Below, in pieces: positions 50,055-59,761 of a DNA stretch of 64,000 bases (position 1 is its first letter; each line of letters starts with the position of its first letter). Position numbers and translations under genes: made by a program. The notes beneath the pieces were generated by a model. It was not told the origin of the DNA and did no database searches. It saw only the letters and a program-made list of their open reading frames with translations. Source of the DNA: a bacterium (GTDB taxonomy: Bacteria > UBA8248); assembly GCA_963692865.2 (NCBI GenBank), contig OY843592.1:2368001-2432000 (forward strand), in the 5' to 3' direction.

Positions 50055-50366
50055 GTGAACGCGAACGTTTCGATCCCGCAGGAGGAAATCGCGGCGTTTT
50101 GCGAACGCTGGGGCGTCATAGAGTTCGCGCTGTTCGGCTCGGTGCTCAGAGACGATTTCACCGACGAGAGCGACGTCGACGTGTTGATTGAATTCACAGA
50201 CGGGCCGACTCCCGGTCTATTCGGGTTCGTCAGGATGGCCGATGAACTGGAGGAGTTGTTCGGCCGCAAGGTGGACCTGGTGACCCGGGGCGCCGTGGAG
50301 AACAGCCGGAACCCCAACCGCCGAAAGTCGGTGCTCGAATCCGCGCAGGTGGTCTATGCGGCGTGA
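50055..50366 (+). CDS. MNT (MntA-like) nucleotidyltransferase antitoxin
   Basis: LFGSVLRDDF.DESDVDVLIEF (GSx10DxD) and FGRKVDLV. The GTG start is inferred. Confidence 0.9.
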   Translation: MNANVSIPQEEIAAFCERWGVIEFALFGSVLRDDFTDESDVDVLIEFTDGPTPGLFGFVRMADELEELFGRKVDLVTRGAVENSRNPNRRKSVLESAQVVYAA

Positions 50367-50697
50367 CGACGATTATCTGCGTGACGTTCCTGTGGCGGCG
50401 CGTGAAGCGCTGGAATTGACACGGGGGCTGTCATACGCCGATTTCGCGCGGGACCGCCGAACTCAGCACGCCGTTCTCAGGTTGTTGGGAATCATCGGAG
50501 AAGCGGCCTCCCGCCTGAGCGTCGAAACGAGAGAGAAGCATCCTGATATCCCGTGGGGTGAGATTACGGGAATGCGCAACCGCCTCGTTCACGCCTATTT
50601 CGATGTCGATCTGCGCCTCGTATGGGATACGCTGCGTGATGACCTTCCGCCGCTGATCAATCAACTGGGGCGCCTCGCGCCGCCGGAGCAGGAATAG
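50356..50697 (+). CDS. HEPN (DUF86/HepT-like) ribonuclease toxin
   Basis: IIGEAA, IPW..I.GMRNRLVHAYF.VD (Rx4HxY). Overlaps the MNT gene. Confidence 0.9.
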   Translation: MRRDDDYLRDVPVAAREALELTRGLSYADFARDRRTQHAVLRLLGIIGEAASRLSVETREKHPDIPWGEITGMRNRLVHAYFDVDLRLVWDTLRDDLPPLINQLGRLAPPEQE

Positions 50698-50860
50698 TGG
50701 CCCGCGCGACCATCGACCGGCTGATCATCAATTCCCCGTGCGATGAGCCCGCGCGCCATTGGCGTTATGGCAGGGTGTCGTGCGCGTTTGACCTCGCCGA
50801 AGGCCGCAGGCCTGCCGATGTCTGAAAAATTCTCGCTCGCCACGCTCGCGGCGATGGTTG
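50697..50860 (+). pseudogene. Internally deleted remnant of a type III Res-like restriction subunit
   Basis: GTG overlaps the HEPN stop and reads ARATIDRLIINSPCDEPARHWRY...FDLAEGRRPA, then DV*KILARHA. IINSP..EP.RHW is a Res N-terminal signature as I recall it. Confidence 0.55.
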
Positions 50861-50906
50861 AGGAAGACGGCGGTCTTGATTCGCCGCCCATGCTGTGCCA
50901 CTCTGA

Positions 50907-51114
50907 CACCCCGTGGGCGCGAGCGGGGCGAGGCTCACCCTCACCATCCTGCACGAGCTCAGGCGCCGGGGCGGGAAGTACGGCCTGGCGGGCGCGCGCA
51001 TCGGCGGCGGCATGGGGCTTTCGGTGATCGTCGATGCGTACGGGGCGTAATACCGGCAGACGGGTCATGTAGACGCATGGGACCCGGCCTTTCGCACCAA
51101 AATCCGCCCGGCGG
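50907..51114 (+). repeat. Direct repeat copy 2 (orphan thiolase 3' fragment)
   Basis: Encodes HPVGASGARL...GARIGGGMGLSVIVDAYGA*. The catalytic Cys codon TGC is changed to CGC. Confidence 0.92.
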
Positions 51115-51307
51115 AGGTGGAGCGGGGATATCCGGAGGATGAAAAACCCGCTTCGCCGGCCTCGTGGATCATGCGAAAATGCCGTTTTTTCAGGGCGGAT
51201 CAAACCTGAAAAACAAGATGAATTCAGATAAATTTGGATAAATTCACGGGGTTTTTCGATAAATTTATTTTGCTGCAACCAGACCTCAGGGATAAGGCGC
51301 CAAACCA

Positions 51308-52090
51308 TTGAATTACAACAACTTGATATACGAAATCGACGCTCCCGTCGCCACATGCGCGTTCAACCGTCCCAAGGCCTTAAACGCACTGAATACAGAG
51401 ACGATGGACGAACTTGCTCACCTGATATCTAATTTCAAGGATGATAATAGACTGAAAGTATTGATATTAACGGGTTCGGGCAATCGGGCGTTCATCGCCG
51501 GGGCGGACATCAAGGGCATGGTGGGGCGCTCCCCCCTTGATGCGCGGTGGCTCTCGGAGCATGGAACGAAAATCCTGAGATCGCTGGAAACCATTGGAAA
51601 ACCTACGATTGCGGCTGTGAACGGGTTCGCCCTGGGCGGCGGATGCGAGGTGGCGATGGCGTGCTCGATACGGATCGCATCGACGAACGCGCTCTTCGGC
51701 CAGCCGGAGATCAACCTGGGCATCATTCCCGGCTACGGCGGCACGCAGCGCCTCCCCCGCCTCGTCGGAGCGGGGCGCGCGCTGGAAATCCTCATGACGG
51801 GCGATCCGGTGAGCGCCGAGGAGGCCCACCGCATCGGGCTGGTGAATAAAGTATGCGAGTCGGATGCCCTGATGGATGAGGCGAAGACGCTCGCGCAAAA
51901 GCTGGCGTTCAAGAGCAAGCCCGCCATCGAGTTGATTTTGCAGGCCGTACACGGCGGCCTGGAGGGAGGCCTCGAAGCGGGTCTGGCGCTCGAAACGGAG
52001 AAATTCGCCCTCGTGAACAGCACGGAAGATTCACAGGAAGGCCTCGGCGCGTTCATCGAGAAGCGCCGCGCCGATTTCCGGGATCGTTGA
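51308..52090 (+). CDS. Enoyl-CoA hydratase/isomerase (crotonase)
   Basis: NRPKALNALN, AGADI, AVNGFALGGGCE, PEINLGIIPGYGGTQRL. Confidence 0.93.
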   Translation: MNYNNLIYEIDAPVATCAFNRPKALNALNTETMDELAHLISNFKDDNRLKVLILTGSGNRAFIAGADIKGMVGRSPLDARWLSEHGTKILRSLETIGKPTIAAVNGFALGGGCEVAMACSIRIASTNALFGQPEINLGIIPGYGGTQRLPRLVGAGRALEILMTGDPVSAEEAHRIGLVNKVCESDALMDEAKTLAQKLAFKSKPAIELILQAVHGGLEGGLEAGLALETEKFALVNSTEDSQEGLGAFIEKRRADFRDR

Positions 52091-52094
52091 TTTC

Positions 52095-52574
52095 ATGCCT
52101 CCGCAGGCTGGTTCCATGAAGCGGATGAGGCCCCAAAAGGGGAAGAAGGACGACCGCATCTGGAAGGCGGCTGCGCCAAAGCCCGATAACCAGGGCGGCA
52201 CGCATGTCATCCCCATGTACAAGACGAAAAGAGACCGCCGCCTCGAAGAAATCCAGAGATGGATGGACGGGAATCTGCCTCCTTCGGGGACGCCCGAGTG
52301 GGAGGCGCTGTGTACCGGCTGCGGGAAGTGCTGCTACGACAAGGTATGGGAGGGCGACAGGCTGTTGCTGCTGACGAGCGCCTGTTCGCACCTCGAAGTC
52401 GAGACGAACCGATGCCGCGTTTATGCTGATCGTTTCGATATGGAACCGATGTGCCTGCCGATCGGGCCTGAAATCATTGAAATGGGGGGGCTTCCCGATG
52501 ATTGTCCCTACGTCGAGAATTTTCCGGGATATCGGGGCCCCAAAGTCGTCAACAAGAGCCTGGACGAGGTATAG
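52095..52574 (+). CDS. YcgN-like cysteine-cluster (CxxCxxCC) protein
   Basis: WEALCTGCGKCC, C..L....NRC.VY..R....P.C, LPDDCPY. The start is uncertain. Confidence 0.8.
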   Translation: MPPQAGSMKRMRPQKGKKDDRIWKAAAPKPDNQGGTHVIPMYKTKRDRRLEEIQRWMDGNLPPSGTPEWEALCTGCGKCCYDKVWEGDRLLLLTSACSHLEVETNRCRVYADRFDMEPMCLPIGPEIIEMGGLPDDCPYVENFPGYRGPKVVNKSLDEV

Positions 52575-52898
52575 CGCAATCCCCTGAAGGCTCGATTTAT
52601 CGCAAGATCGCGCGGGTTAGACGACGGATCCCAAAATCCTGTCTATTGCCAAGCCAATCCCCATCCGGTTTCGCGCATTTCAAAGCGTCTGAAGCTATCC
52701 GATAAGACGCTTTCCGTGCCATAATCGCCCCTTCAATATTCTGCCTGTTGGGAAATTCCTTGAACCGATCCATCATCCACAATTTGGACCTCCAGGCCGG
52801 TTTTATCGCATTTTCCGGTGAGTAACCGGCGGTGCGCGCGCATCCCGGGTCTGATGGTGTTCAGACGGGAGACAAGTTGCTCATAAAAGGTCGAAGTT

Positions 52899-53786
52899 TT
52901 GCTTGATGCCGTTCACCCCAACATTCTAGCGCTCTGCTCGGCGGCCCTCATCGCATTCGCCCGCGTTTCGCAGCGCTATGCGATTCCGCGCATGAAAATG
53001 CACACGGCCAACCTGATCATGGCATGTGCGACGACCACTCTCGGATGGTTATTTTTCAGGATAGAGGGGTCACTCGACCAGATGCCCTATCAGGGCGTTT
53101 TCTGGTTCATGGCGATGGGATTTTTCGGAAGTTTTCTGGGCAGGTACATCAATTTCGTCGCCATCCGCTATACGGGGCTGGCGCGCGCGGCGGTGATGAG
53201 CCAGACCGTTCTCGTGTGGGCGTCGCTTCTGGCCGTTTTCGTATTGGGAGAAAGCATGTCGCTCCAGAAAGCGGGCGGAATTTTGGGCGTCATGTGCGGC
53301 GCGAGCCTGCTCGTCTACAACCCCAAAGGAGATATCGGCCGCAGGATACCGCTTCAATACTATGTGATTCCCATGGTGTCCGCTCTGATGTACGCATTTG
53401 CGCATCTGGTGGGAAAATTCGCGTTCGAGTGGATTTCCTCCTCCGCTTTCGGGATGGCGGTCGCCAATACGACCTCGCTCACGCTTTTGCTGGGAATGTT
53501 GCCCTTTACGCGAAGAGAACGAGCCCCAGCCGTCGGCGACGATAAAAAAGGGTTTTTCGTACTTTTGCTGGGAGGCGCATTGCAGGGGTGTGGAATTTTC
53601 TTCTTCTGGTCTTCGGTGAAGCTCGGCGAGATCACCCGCGTCATCCCCTTGACCCGCCTGTCCGTCTTGTTGATCATCTTTCTCTCATGGCTGTTGTTCA
53701 GAAAGCAGGAAAACGTGACGTGGCGCGTCGTCCTGGGCGCATTGATTGCGCTAATAGGCGCTTTCGCCATCGTGACGGGAAGATAG
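52899..53786 (+). CDS. DMT/EamA-family transporter
   Basis: About 10 TM helices, LGESM, V.PL.RLSVLLII..SWL.FRKQE.V. Confidence 0.85.
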   Translation: MLDAVHPNILALCSAALIAFARVSQRYAIPRMKMHTANLIMACATTTLGWLFFRIEGSLDQMPYQGVFWFMAMGFFGSFLGRYINFVAIRYTGLARAAVMSQTVLVWASLLAVFVLGESMSLQKAGGILGVMCGASLLVYNPKGDIGRRIPLQYYVIPMVSALMYAFAHLVGKFAFEWISSSAFGMAVANTTSLTLLLGMLPFTRRERAPAVGDDKKGFFVLLLGGALQGCGIFFFWSSVKLGEITRVIPLTRLSVLLIIFLSWLLFRKQENVTWRVVLGALIALIGAFAIVTGR

Positions 53787-53789
53787 GCG

Positions 53790-54671
53790 TTGCTCGATTT
53801 TATCCATCCCAACATCCTGGCTTTAATCGCCGCTTGTTTCATCGCGTCCGCGCGCACCCTGTACCGCGCCGGCGTGGCGCGCTTGAGCCCGGTCGTGATG
53901 AACGTCCTCATGTCCATCGTGCAGATGTCTTTCGGGTCTGCATTTTATCTTCTGGAAGGTGGTGTGGAGGCTTGGCCGATCGAGGGAGTCGTTTGGTTCG
54001 CCGCCATGGGTGTTTCCGGCTCGTTCATCGGTCGTTATCTGAGTCTGATCGGAATGAAGCTCGTCGGCCTGGCGCGCTCTTCCATCGTGACCCAAACCAG
54101 CCTCGTATGGGCGTCGCTGTTTGCAGTGGTTTTCGCAGGCGAGCGGATGACTGGACTCATTGCAGCCGGGACTCTGGCCATTATGGCGGGGTCGATTCTG
54201 CTGGTCTATGAAAAAGGCGAGGTTCAAAGGCGAATTCCCCTGTATTTCTATCTTTTCCCTTTGGGCACCGCCGTTTTGTTTGCGATGACGCACCTGTTCG
54301 GAAAATTCGGACTGTTGGTGATCAAATCGGCCTCCTTCGGCATGTCCGTCGGCAGTACGACCGCGTTTTGTCTCATGATGTTCGTTCTGCCTTTCTCCGT
54401 AGAGGGGAGGGCGCCAAAATCCTGGGACAAAAAAGGACTTCTGGCCGTTTTGTGCGGCGCGTGCCTGAACGCCATGGCCGCCTTTTGTTTCTGGTCGTCC
54501 ATAAAAACGGGAGAGATCGTCCAGATCATTCCCCTGAATCGTCTCTCGGTACTACTTATTATATTTTTCTCCTGGCTGTTTTTCAGAAAACAGGAGGCGG
54601 TAAGCCTGCGCGTCGTCATCGGCGGTTTCCTGTCCGTACTCGGCGCCGCCGGCGTCGTTCTGGGCAAATAG
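53790..54671 (+). CDS. DMT/EamA-family transporter (tandem paralog)
   Basis: Colinear with the preceding gene (MLD..HPNILAL, GRY, QT.LVWASL, PL.RLSVLLII). Confidence 0.85.
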   Translation: MLDFIHPNILALIAACFIASARTLYRAGVARLSPVVMNVLMSIVQMSFGSAFYLLEGGVEAWPIEGVVWFAAMGVSGSFIGRYLSLIGMKLVGLARSSIVTQTSLVWASLFAVVFAGERMTGLIAAGTLAIMAGSILLVYEKGEVQRRIPLYFYLFPLGTAVLFAMTHLFGKFGLLVIKSASFGMSVGSTTAFCLMMFVLPFSVEGRAPKSWDKKGLLAVLCGACLNAMAAFCFWSSIKTGEIVQIIPLNRLSVLLIIFFSWLFFRKQEAVSLRVVIGGFLSVLGAAGVVLGK

Positions 54672-54793
54672 GCATCCTGGGCGCGAAACGACCAAAGCCG
54701 AGCTATGCGCTCCCTCTCGTTTCTCGTTCATAATGCTGATAAGGTGAGAGCAAGGAAAGGTTTCCACATATTCACGTGAATGAAAGGCACATC

Positions 54794-55783
54794 ATGGTGG
54801 AAGTCGGCATCATCGTGGCCTTGACGCTCAAGGGCACATATATCGGCGACTACGAGAAGCTGAGGGAAATCGCCCGGGAGGCGGAGAGGCTCGGAATCAA
54901 CTCACTCTGGCATTGTGATCATTTCGTGACGCTCGACCCCGCCTCCTACGGGAGCCAGACGGGTTTCGGCGCTCAGGACGAGAACGAACAATCCGCCGAT
55001 ACCGCGATTCTGGAGCCCTGGACGACCCTTGCCGCTCTTGCGCGAGACACCGAAACCCTGCGCCTGGGCACGCTGGTGACGTGCGTGGGTTACCGCCCGC
55101 CGGCCATGCTGGCGAAGACGGCGGCCACGGTCGACGTCATCAGCAAGGGCCGGGTGGATTTCGGGATTGGCGCGGGCTGGATTGAGAATGAATACCATTC
55201 TTTCGGGTATCCCTATCCCAGTGCCGCCGTGCGGATTGAGCAGTTAGACGAGGCCATTCAATTGATTCGCGCAATGTGGACCGAATCCGCGCCCCATCAC
55301 GAGGGTGGGTATTTTCAGATTAAAAACGGCGTTTGCGATCCGACTCCGATTCAAAAACCGCATCCGCCTATCTGGACGGGAGGCGAAGGCCCAAAACTCC
55401 TCGGCGTTTCGGCCCGTCAGGCGGACGGCTACAATTGCCGATGGTGGACGCCGGAGCAGTTTCTGGAAAAAAGACCGGAGATCGAGGCCGAATGCAAAAA
55501 AGCGGGAAGAGACCCAGATGCGATAAGGGCGTCTCTCATGGTGATGGTGATTCCAGAAAAAGACAGGGCGGTGGCCAGGGCGGCTCGCGAGAAGTTGAGC
55601 GTTATCCCGGAATCGGGGAGCGTTTATGGAACGCCCGATGATTGCGTTGCGCGTCTCAAGGAATACCCGAAGGTTGGCGTTGACCACATTCTGGTCACCA
55701 TCCCGGATCTGGATACCAACCCGCACAGGTTGACCCTTCTGGGCGAAGAAATCCTGCCGGCGCTCCAGACGAATGGAGAATAA
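54794..55783 (+). CDS. LLM-class oxidoreductase, F420-dependent-like subgroup
   Basis: WHCDHF, EPWTTLAALA, RLGTLVT...YRPPA.LAK.AATVD.IS.GR...GIGAGW...E, PIQKPHPPIW.GG.G. Confidence 0.87.
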   Translation: MVEVGIIVALTLKGTYIGDYEKLREIAREAERLGINSLWHCDHFVTLDPASYGSQTGFGAQDENEQSADTAILEPWTTLAALARDTETLRLGTLVTCVGYRPPAMLAKTAATVDVISKGRVDFGIGAGWIENEYHSFGYPYPSAAVRIEQLDEAIQLIRAMWTESAPHHEGGYFQIKNGVCDPTPIQKPHPPIWTGGEGPKLLGVSARQADGYNCRWWTPEQFLEKRPEIEAECKKAGRDPDAIRASLMVMVIPEKDRAVARAAREKLSVIPESGSVYGTPDDCVARLKEYPKVGVDHILVTIPDLDTNPHRLTLLGEEILPALQTNGE

Positions 55784-55788
55784 TCAGT

Positions 55789-56934
55789 TTGTCAATCGCC
55801 ACGCACACGGAATTAGCGAAAAGAGAAGCGTCACTCCAGGCTGAAGCGCGTGAATTCGCCCAGAATCGACTCGCCCCTAGCGCCATCGAGCGCGACAAGG
55901 AGGGTTTGTTTTCCTTCGAATTATACAAGGAGGCGGCGGAGGCGGGGTTCATCGGCGTCAAGATACCCGAAACCCTGGGCGGCCGCGGCCTGGGATTGTT
56001 TGACGAATGCCTCGTATTGGAGGAACTGGCCGGCGGCGACCCGAGTTTCGCGCTCACGATCAGCGTCTCTGCGGGCCTGTGCGGGGGCCATTTGCTGCAT
56101 TATGGGTCGGATGAACTGAGAAATCGCTGCATACCCCCCCTTACGAAAGCAGCCATAGGCGCTTGGGCGATTACGGAACGAGTTGCCGGCAGTCATGCTT
56201 CTGCTCTCAAATGCGAGGCGCGGCGAGAGGGAGACGCTTACATCATCAGCGGCGCGAAAATGTTCGTCACGCAAGGGATGGATTTTGAAAATCTCGTTAT
56301 CTTTGCGCGCACGGCGGAGGGAAGAGACGGAATCAGCGCATTTTTGATACAGAAGGACGATGAGGGGCGCAGAAGCGTCCCGCTGGCACAGACGCTTGGA
56401 ATGCGCTCAGCAGGTTCGGCGGAAATTTATTTCGATAATTGCGAGGTTCCGGCAGAGCGCCTCATCGGGGAGGAGGGGGCCGGTCTGCGGCAGGCAATGC
56501 AGGTTTTGAACGATGGAAGGGTCGTGCTCGGCGCGATGTGCGTCGGCATAGCACAGGCGTCGCTCGAAGCGGCGGCTACACATGCGAGAAAGCGCGAGGC
56601 GTTCGGCAAGCCCGTTGCCGATTTCGCCGGTTTGCGGGGTTTGATGGCCGAAAGCGCCATAGATATCGCCACGGCGCGTGAGATGGTCACGAATGCGGCG
56701 AAAATCCGCGACGCCGGGGGAGACAACAAGGAAGAAGTGGCGATGGCGAAACTTTTCGCTTCCGAGGCCTCTCTTCGCGTGTGTGACAGAGGCATCCAAA
56801 TTCATGGCGGGTATGGCTACATCGCGGAAACGCCGGCGGGGATGTTCTGGCGCGACGCCCGGGTGTTCACCCTTGGCGAAGGCACGAGCGAGTTGCATCG
56901 CAATCTCATCAACCGCTATCTGTGCGATTCTTGA
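55789..56934 (+). CDS. Acyl-CoA dehydrogenase
   Basis: AWAITE..AGS, GAKMFVT, LGMR, R.AFG.P, MAKL, QIHGGYGY, GEGTSE. Confidence 0.93.
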   Translation: MSIATHTELAKREASLQAEAREFAQNRLAPSAIERDKEGLFSFELYKEAAEAGFIGVKIPETLGGRGLGLFDECLVLEELAGGDPSFALTISVSAGLCGGHLLHYGSDELRNRCIPPLTKAAIGAWAITERVAGSHASALKCEARREGDAYIISGAKMFVTQGMDFENLVIFARTAEGRDGISAFLIQKDDEGRRSVPLAQTLGMRSAGSAEIYFDNCEVPAERLIGEEGAGLRQAMQVLNDGRVVLGAMCVGIAQASLEAAATHARKREAFGKPVADFAGLRGLMAESAIDIATAREMVTNAAKIRDAGGDNKEEVAMAKLFASEASLRVCDRGIQIHGGYGYIAETPAGMFWRDARVFTLGEGTSELHRNLINRYLCDS

Positions 56935-56997
56935 GACTGGAAAATCACCTAGAAATAACTTAAGAATAACATCATAACATACTGATAAATAAATAGA

Positions 56998-57954
56998 ATG
57001 AAAAATAATAACAAAATCCAAATCTCTCAGATTCTGGAAGGAATGGTTCGCCCAGCAGCCAGGCTCATCACGCTTGTGGAAGACAACGACCCTCGTGCGA
57101 AACCCATTCTGCAGGAACTGTATCTCAAAGGTGGAAAAAGCCTTATCATCGGCATCACGGGTCCTCCCGGCGCAGGCAAGAGCACGCTTTCCGATCAACT
57201 GGTCGCTCACTATCGCGCCCGGGAGAAAAGGGTGTGCGTCATCGCCGTAGACCCGACGAGTCCGTTCACGGGAGGCGCCATTTTGGGCGACCGCATCCGC
57301 ATGGGCAGGCACAACACGGACCCGAAAGTCTTCATTCGCAGCATGGCCACGCGCGGCCATCTGGGCGGACTCGCCCGCGCGACGGGAGACGCGCTCTGCG
57401 TTATGGACGCCATGGGCTGGGACGTGGTGATCATCGAGACCGTGGGCGTAGGGCAGGGTGAGGTGAACATCATGCAATGCGCGGACGTGGTCGTGCTGCT
57501 GCAGACGCCCGGCGGGGGGGATCACATTCAGGCGGCGAAGGCGGGAATCCTGGAGATCGGCGATATTTTCGTGGTGAACAAGGCGAAGAGAGACGGCGCG
57601 GACCGAACGGTGAAGGAAATTGAGGAAATGCTGGATTTCAAGTTTCATCCCGGCGAGGTGAACGCCTGGAGACCCCCCGTTCTCAAAACGGAAGCGCTCA
57701 CGGGCGAGGGCACGGAGGAACTGGCCGCGCGGATCGAGGCGCGCATGACTTTTTTACAAAAACATCCCGATGAGGCCGGACGCCTGGGACGAGAGCGCGC
57801 CCGAATCACGCTTGCGGAGGTAATGAAAGAACTCGCCGTGGAACGCCTGGGAGACGGCGTGAAAGGCGGGCGGGAGTTGGATGAACTCCTGGACGCCATC
57901 GCCGCGCGAAGAGTGGATCCCTACAGCGCGGCCGAGAAGATACTGGGCGCATGA
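56998..57954 (+). CDS. meaB: Methylmalonyl-CoA mutase-associated GTPase MeaB
   Basis: GITGPPGAGKST, AVDPTSPFTGGAILGDRIRM, ETVGVGQ, VNK. Confidence 0.93.
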   Translation: MKNNNKIQISQILEGMVRPAARLITLVEDNDPRAKPILQELYLKGGKSLIIGITGPPGAGKSTLSDQLVAHYRAREKRVCVIAVDPTSPFTGGAILGDRIRMGRHNTDPKVFIRSMATRGHLGGLARATGDALCVMDAMGWDVVIIETVGVGQGEVNIMQCADVVVLLQTPGGGDHIQAAKAGILEIGDIFVVNKAKRDGADRTVKEIEEMLDFKFHPGEVNAWRPPVLKTEALTGEGTEELAARIEARMTFLQKHPDEAGRLGRERARITLAEVMKELAVERLGDGVKGGRELDELLDAIAARRVDPYSAAEKILGA

Positions 57955-57964
57955 GGAGAGAGCC

Positions 57965-58294
57965 ATGAAGGATGGGCGAGCGTTCCGGATCGTGTTAAGC
58001 ACGGCGGGTTCCGAGGAAGAGGGAGCGCGGCTTGCGAAATTATTGGTCGAGCGGAAGCTGTGCGCCTGCGTCAATCTGGTGCCGGGTATCCGTAGCTTCT
58101 ATCGCTGGGATGGGGCGGTTCAGGATGATGCGGAAGTCCTGCTCATCATCAAGACCACGAAGGAGAAGCTGCAGGCCCTCTCCGAGCACTTGGCCGAGAA
58201 TCACAGCTACGACGTGCCGGAGGTGCTGGCCCTGGATGTAGACAGGGGCAGCGCGTCCTACCTCGACTGGCTGGCCGGGAGTTGCGCCGATTAG
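57965..58294 (+). CDS. cutA: Divalent-cation tolerance protein CutA
   Basis: LVERKLCACVN, S.YRWDG, E.LLIIKT, HSYDVPE, YLDW. Confidence 0.93.
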   Translation: MKDGRAFRIVLSTAGSEEEGARLAKLLVERKLCACVNLVPGIRSFYRWDGAVQDDAEVLLIIKTTKEKLQALSEHLAENHSYDVPEVLALDVDRGSASYLDWLAGSCAD

Positions 58295-58340
58295 CAGGTT
58301 CTTTCCTTCGCTGCATCTTTCCTGAGAGGGAAGACTTTAT

Positions 58341-59690
58341 TCAAAGGATGGAGAGATATTTGTTGAGTTCGAAATCCGAGACATGGGCGCGGTAGGGCGC
58401 CCATTCGAGTTTTTTGTTCTCGATGAATTTATCAAACAACTGGTTTCCGAATACGCCCCTCAGGAATTCGCTCTGCTCGGCCAGCATCGTGGCTTCATGA
58501 AGGTTGCCCGGCAGGCTTCTGATGCCTTGCTTTTTACGTTTCTCTTCATTCATCTCGAAGACGTTTTCCTCGACGGCCGAGACGGGAGGCAGGCCCTCTT
58601 CGATACCCGCCATGCCCGCCGCCAGCATGCAGGCGAAAGCCAGATAGGGGTTGCATGCCGAGTCCGGCGAGCGCAGCTCGATTCGCGTGTCCGATTCCAT
58701 GCCCTTGCGTGTGCTTGGGATGCGTATCAAATCGCTGCGGCTCTTGTGCGCCCATGTGACGTAAGCGGGCGCCTCGAAACCGGGGACGAGGCGCTTGTAG
58801 CTGTTCACCCATTGGTTGAAGACGAGCGTCATCTCGGGGGCGTATTTGATGAGGCCTGCGATGAACGCCTGGCAGGTATCCGAGAGACCGCCGGGTTTCT
58901 CGGGGTCGTGAAACGCGTTGACCGAACCCTGGAACAGGGAGAGATGGGTGTGCATTCCGTTTCCGTTTTCTTCGGAGAGCGGTTTGGGCATGAAGGTGGC
59001 GTAGACGCCGTGCCGCATGGCGACTTCCTTGACGACGAGACGGTAGGTCATCGCGTTGTCCGCCATGGTGAGCGCATCGCCGTAGCGCAAGTCGATTTCG
59101 TGCTGGCTGGGTCCGACTTCGTGGTGGCTGTATTCGACGCCGATCCCCATCTTCTCCAGGTTCAAAACCGTCTCGCGCCTCAGATCACTTGCGATATCCA
59201 GGGGCGTGAGGTCGAAGTATCCGCCCCGATCCAGCGTTTCGATCGGCAGTTCGGGGGACTTGAAGTAGTAGTGCTCATATTCGACGCCCGCGTAAAACGT
59301 GAATCCCTTCTGCGCGGCGCTCTCGAGGGTGCGCCTGAGCACGTAGCGCGGGTCGCTCTCATAGGGATTGCCGTCGGGATCCTTGATGTCGCAGAACATT
59401 CTCGCGACGGCCCCACCATCTTGTGGACGCCAGGGCAGTACGCAGAAGGTGGTGGGGTCGGGATGGGCGAACATGTCGCTCTCCTCGATACGGGCGAAGC
59501 CCTCTATGGCGGCTCCATCGAAAAGGTGGCCCTCGTAAAGCGCGTTTTCGAGTTCCTCGATGGTGATGGCGAAACTTTTGAGGAAGCCCAGGATGTCGGT
59601 GAACCACATGCGAATGAAACGCACGCCGAGTTCGCGGGCTTGGTTTATTACGAATTCTCGATCCTTGTCATCAAATGCGTCAGGCATCAT
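58341..59690 (-). CDS. glnA: Glutamine synthetase type I (GSI-alpha-like)
   Basis: FTDILG.LK, FDG..IEGF.RI.ESDM, HHEV.PSQHEI, TFMPKP, GNGMH.H, NSYKRLVPGFEAP, RIELRSPD..CNPYL. Confidence 0.95.
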   Translation of the reverse strand: MMPDAFDDKDREFVINQARELGVRFIRMWFTDILGFLKSFAITIEELENALYEGHLFDGAAIEGFARIEESDMFAHPDPTTFCVLPWRPQDGGAVARMFCDIKDPDGNPYESDPRYVLRRTLESAAQKGFTFYAGVEYEHYYFKSPELPIETLDRGGYFDLTPLDIASDLRRETVLNLEKMGIGVEYSHHEVGPSQHEIDLRYGDALTMADNAMTYRLVVKEVAMRHGVYATFMPKPLSEENGNGMHTHLSLFQGSVNAFHDPEKPGGLSDTCQAFIAGLIKYAPEMTLVFNQWVNSYKRLVPGFEAPAYVTWAHKSRSDLIRIPSTRKGMESDTRIELRSPDSACNPYLAFACMLAAGMAGIEEGLPPVSAVEENVFEMNEEKRKKQGIRSLPGNLHEATMLAEQSEFLRGVFGNQLFDKFIENKKLEWAPYRAHVSDFELNKYLSIL

Positions 59691-59745
59691 GAACTCCAGA
59701 TGAGCCGATGTTTTCAGGCATTGCTATTCAGCCTATATGGTGAAT

Positions 59746-59761
59746 GTTTCGTTTCGGTTTC
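59746..59761 (-). promoter_or_regulatory. GAAAC-n6-GAAAC direct repeat upstream of glnA (GlnR-box-like)
   Basis: The minus strand reads GAAAC CGAAAC GAAAC, about 55 nt upstream of the glnA start. Confidence 0.35.
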
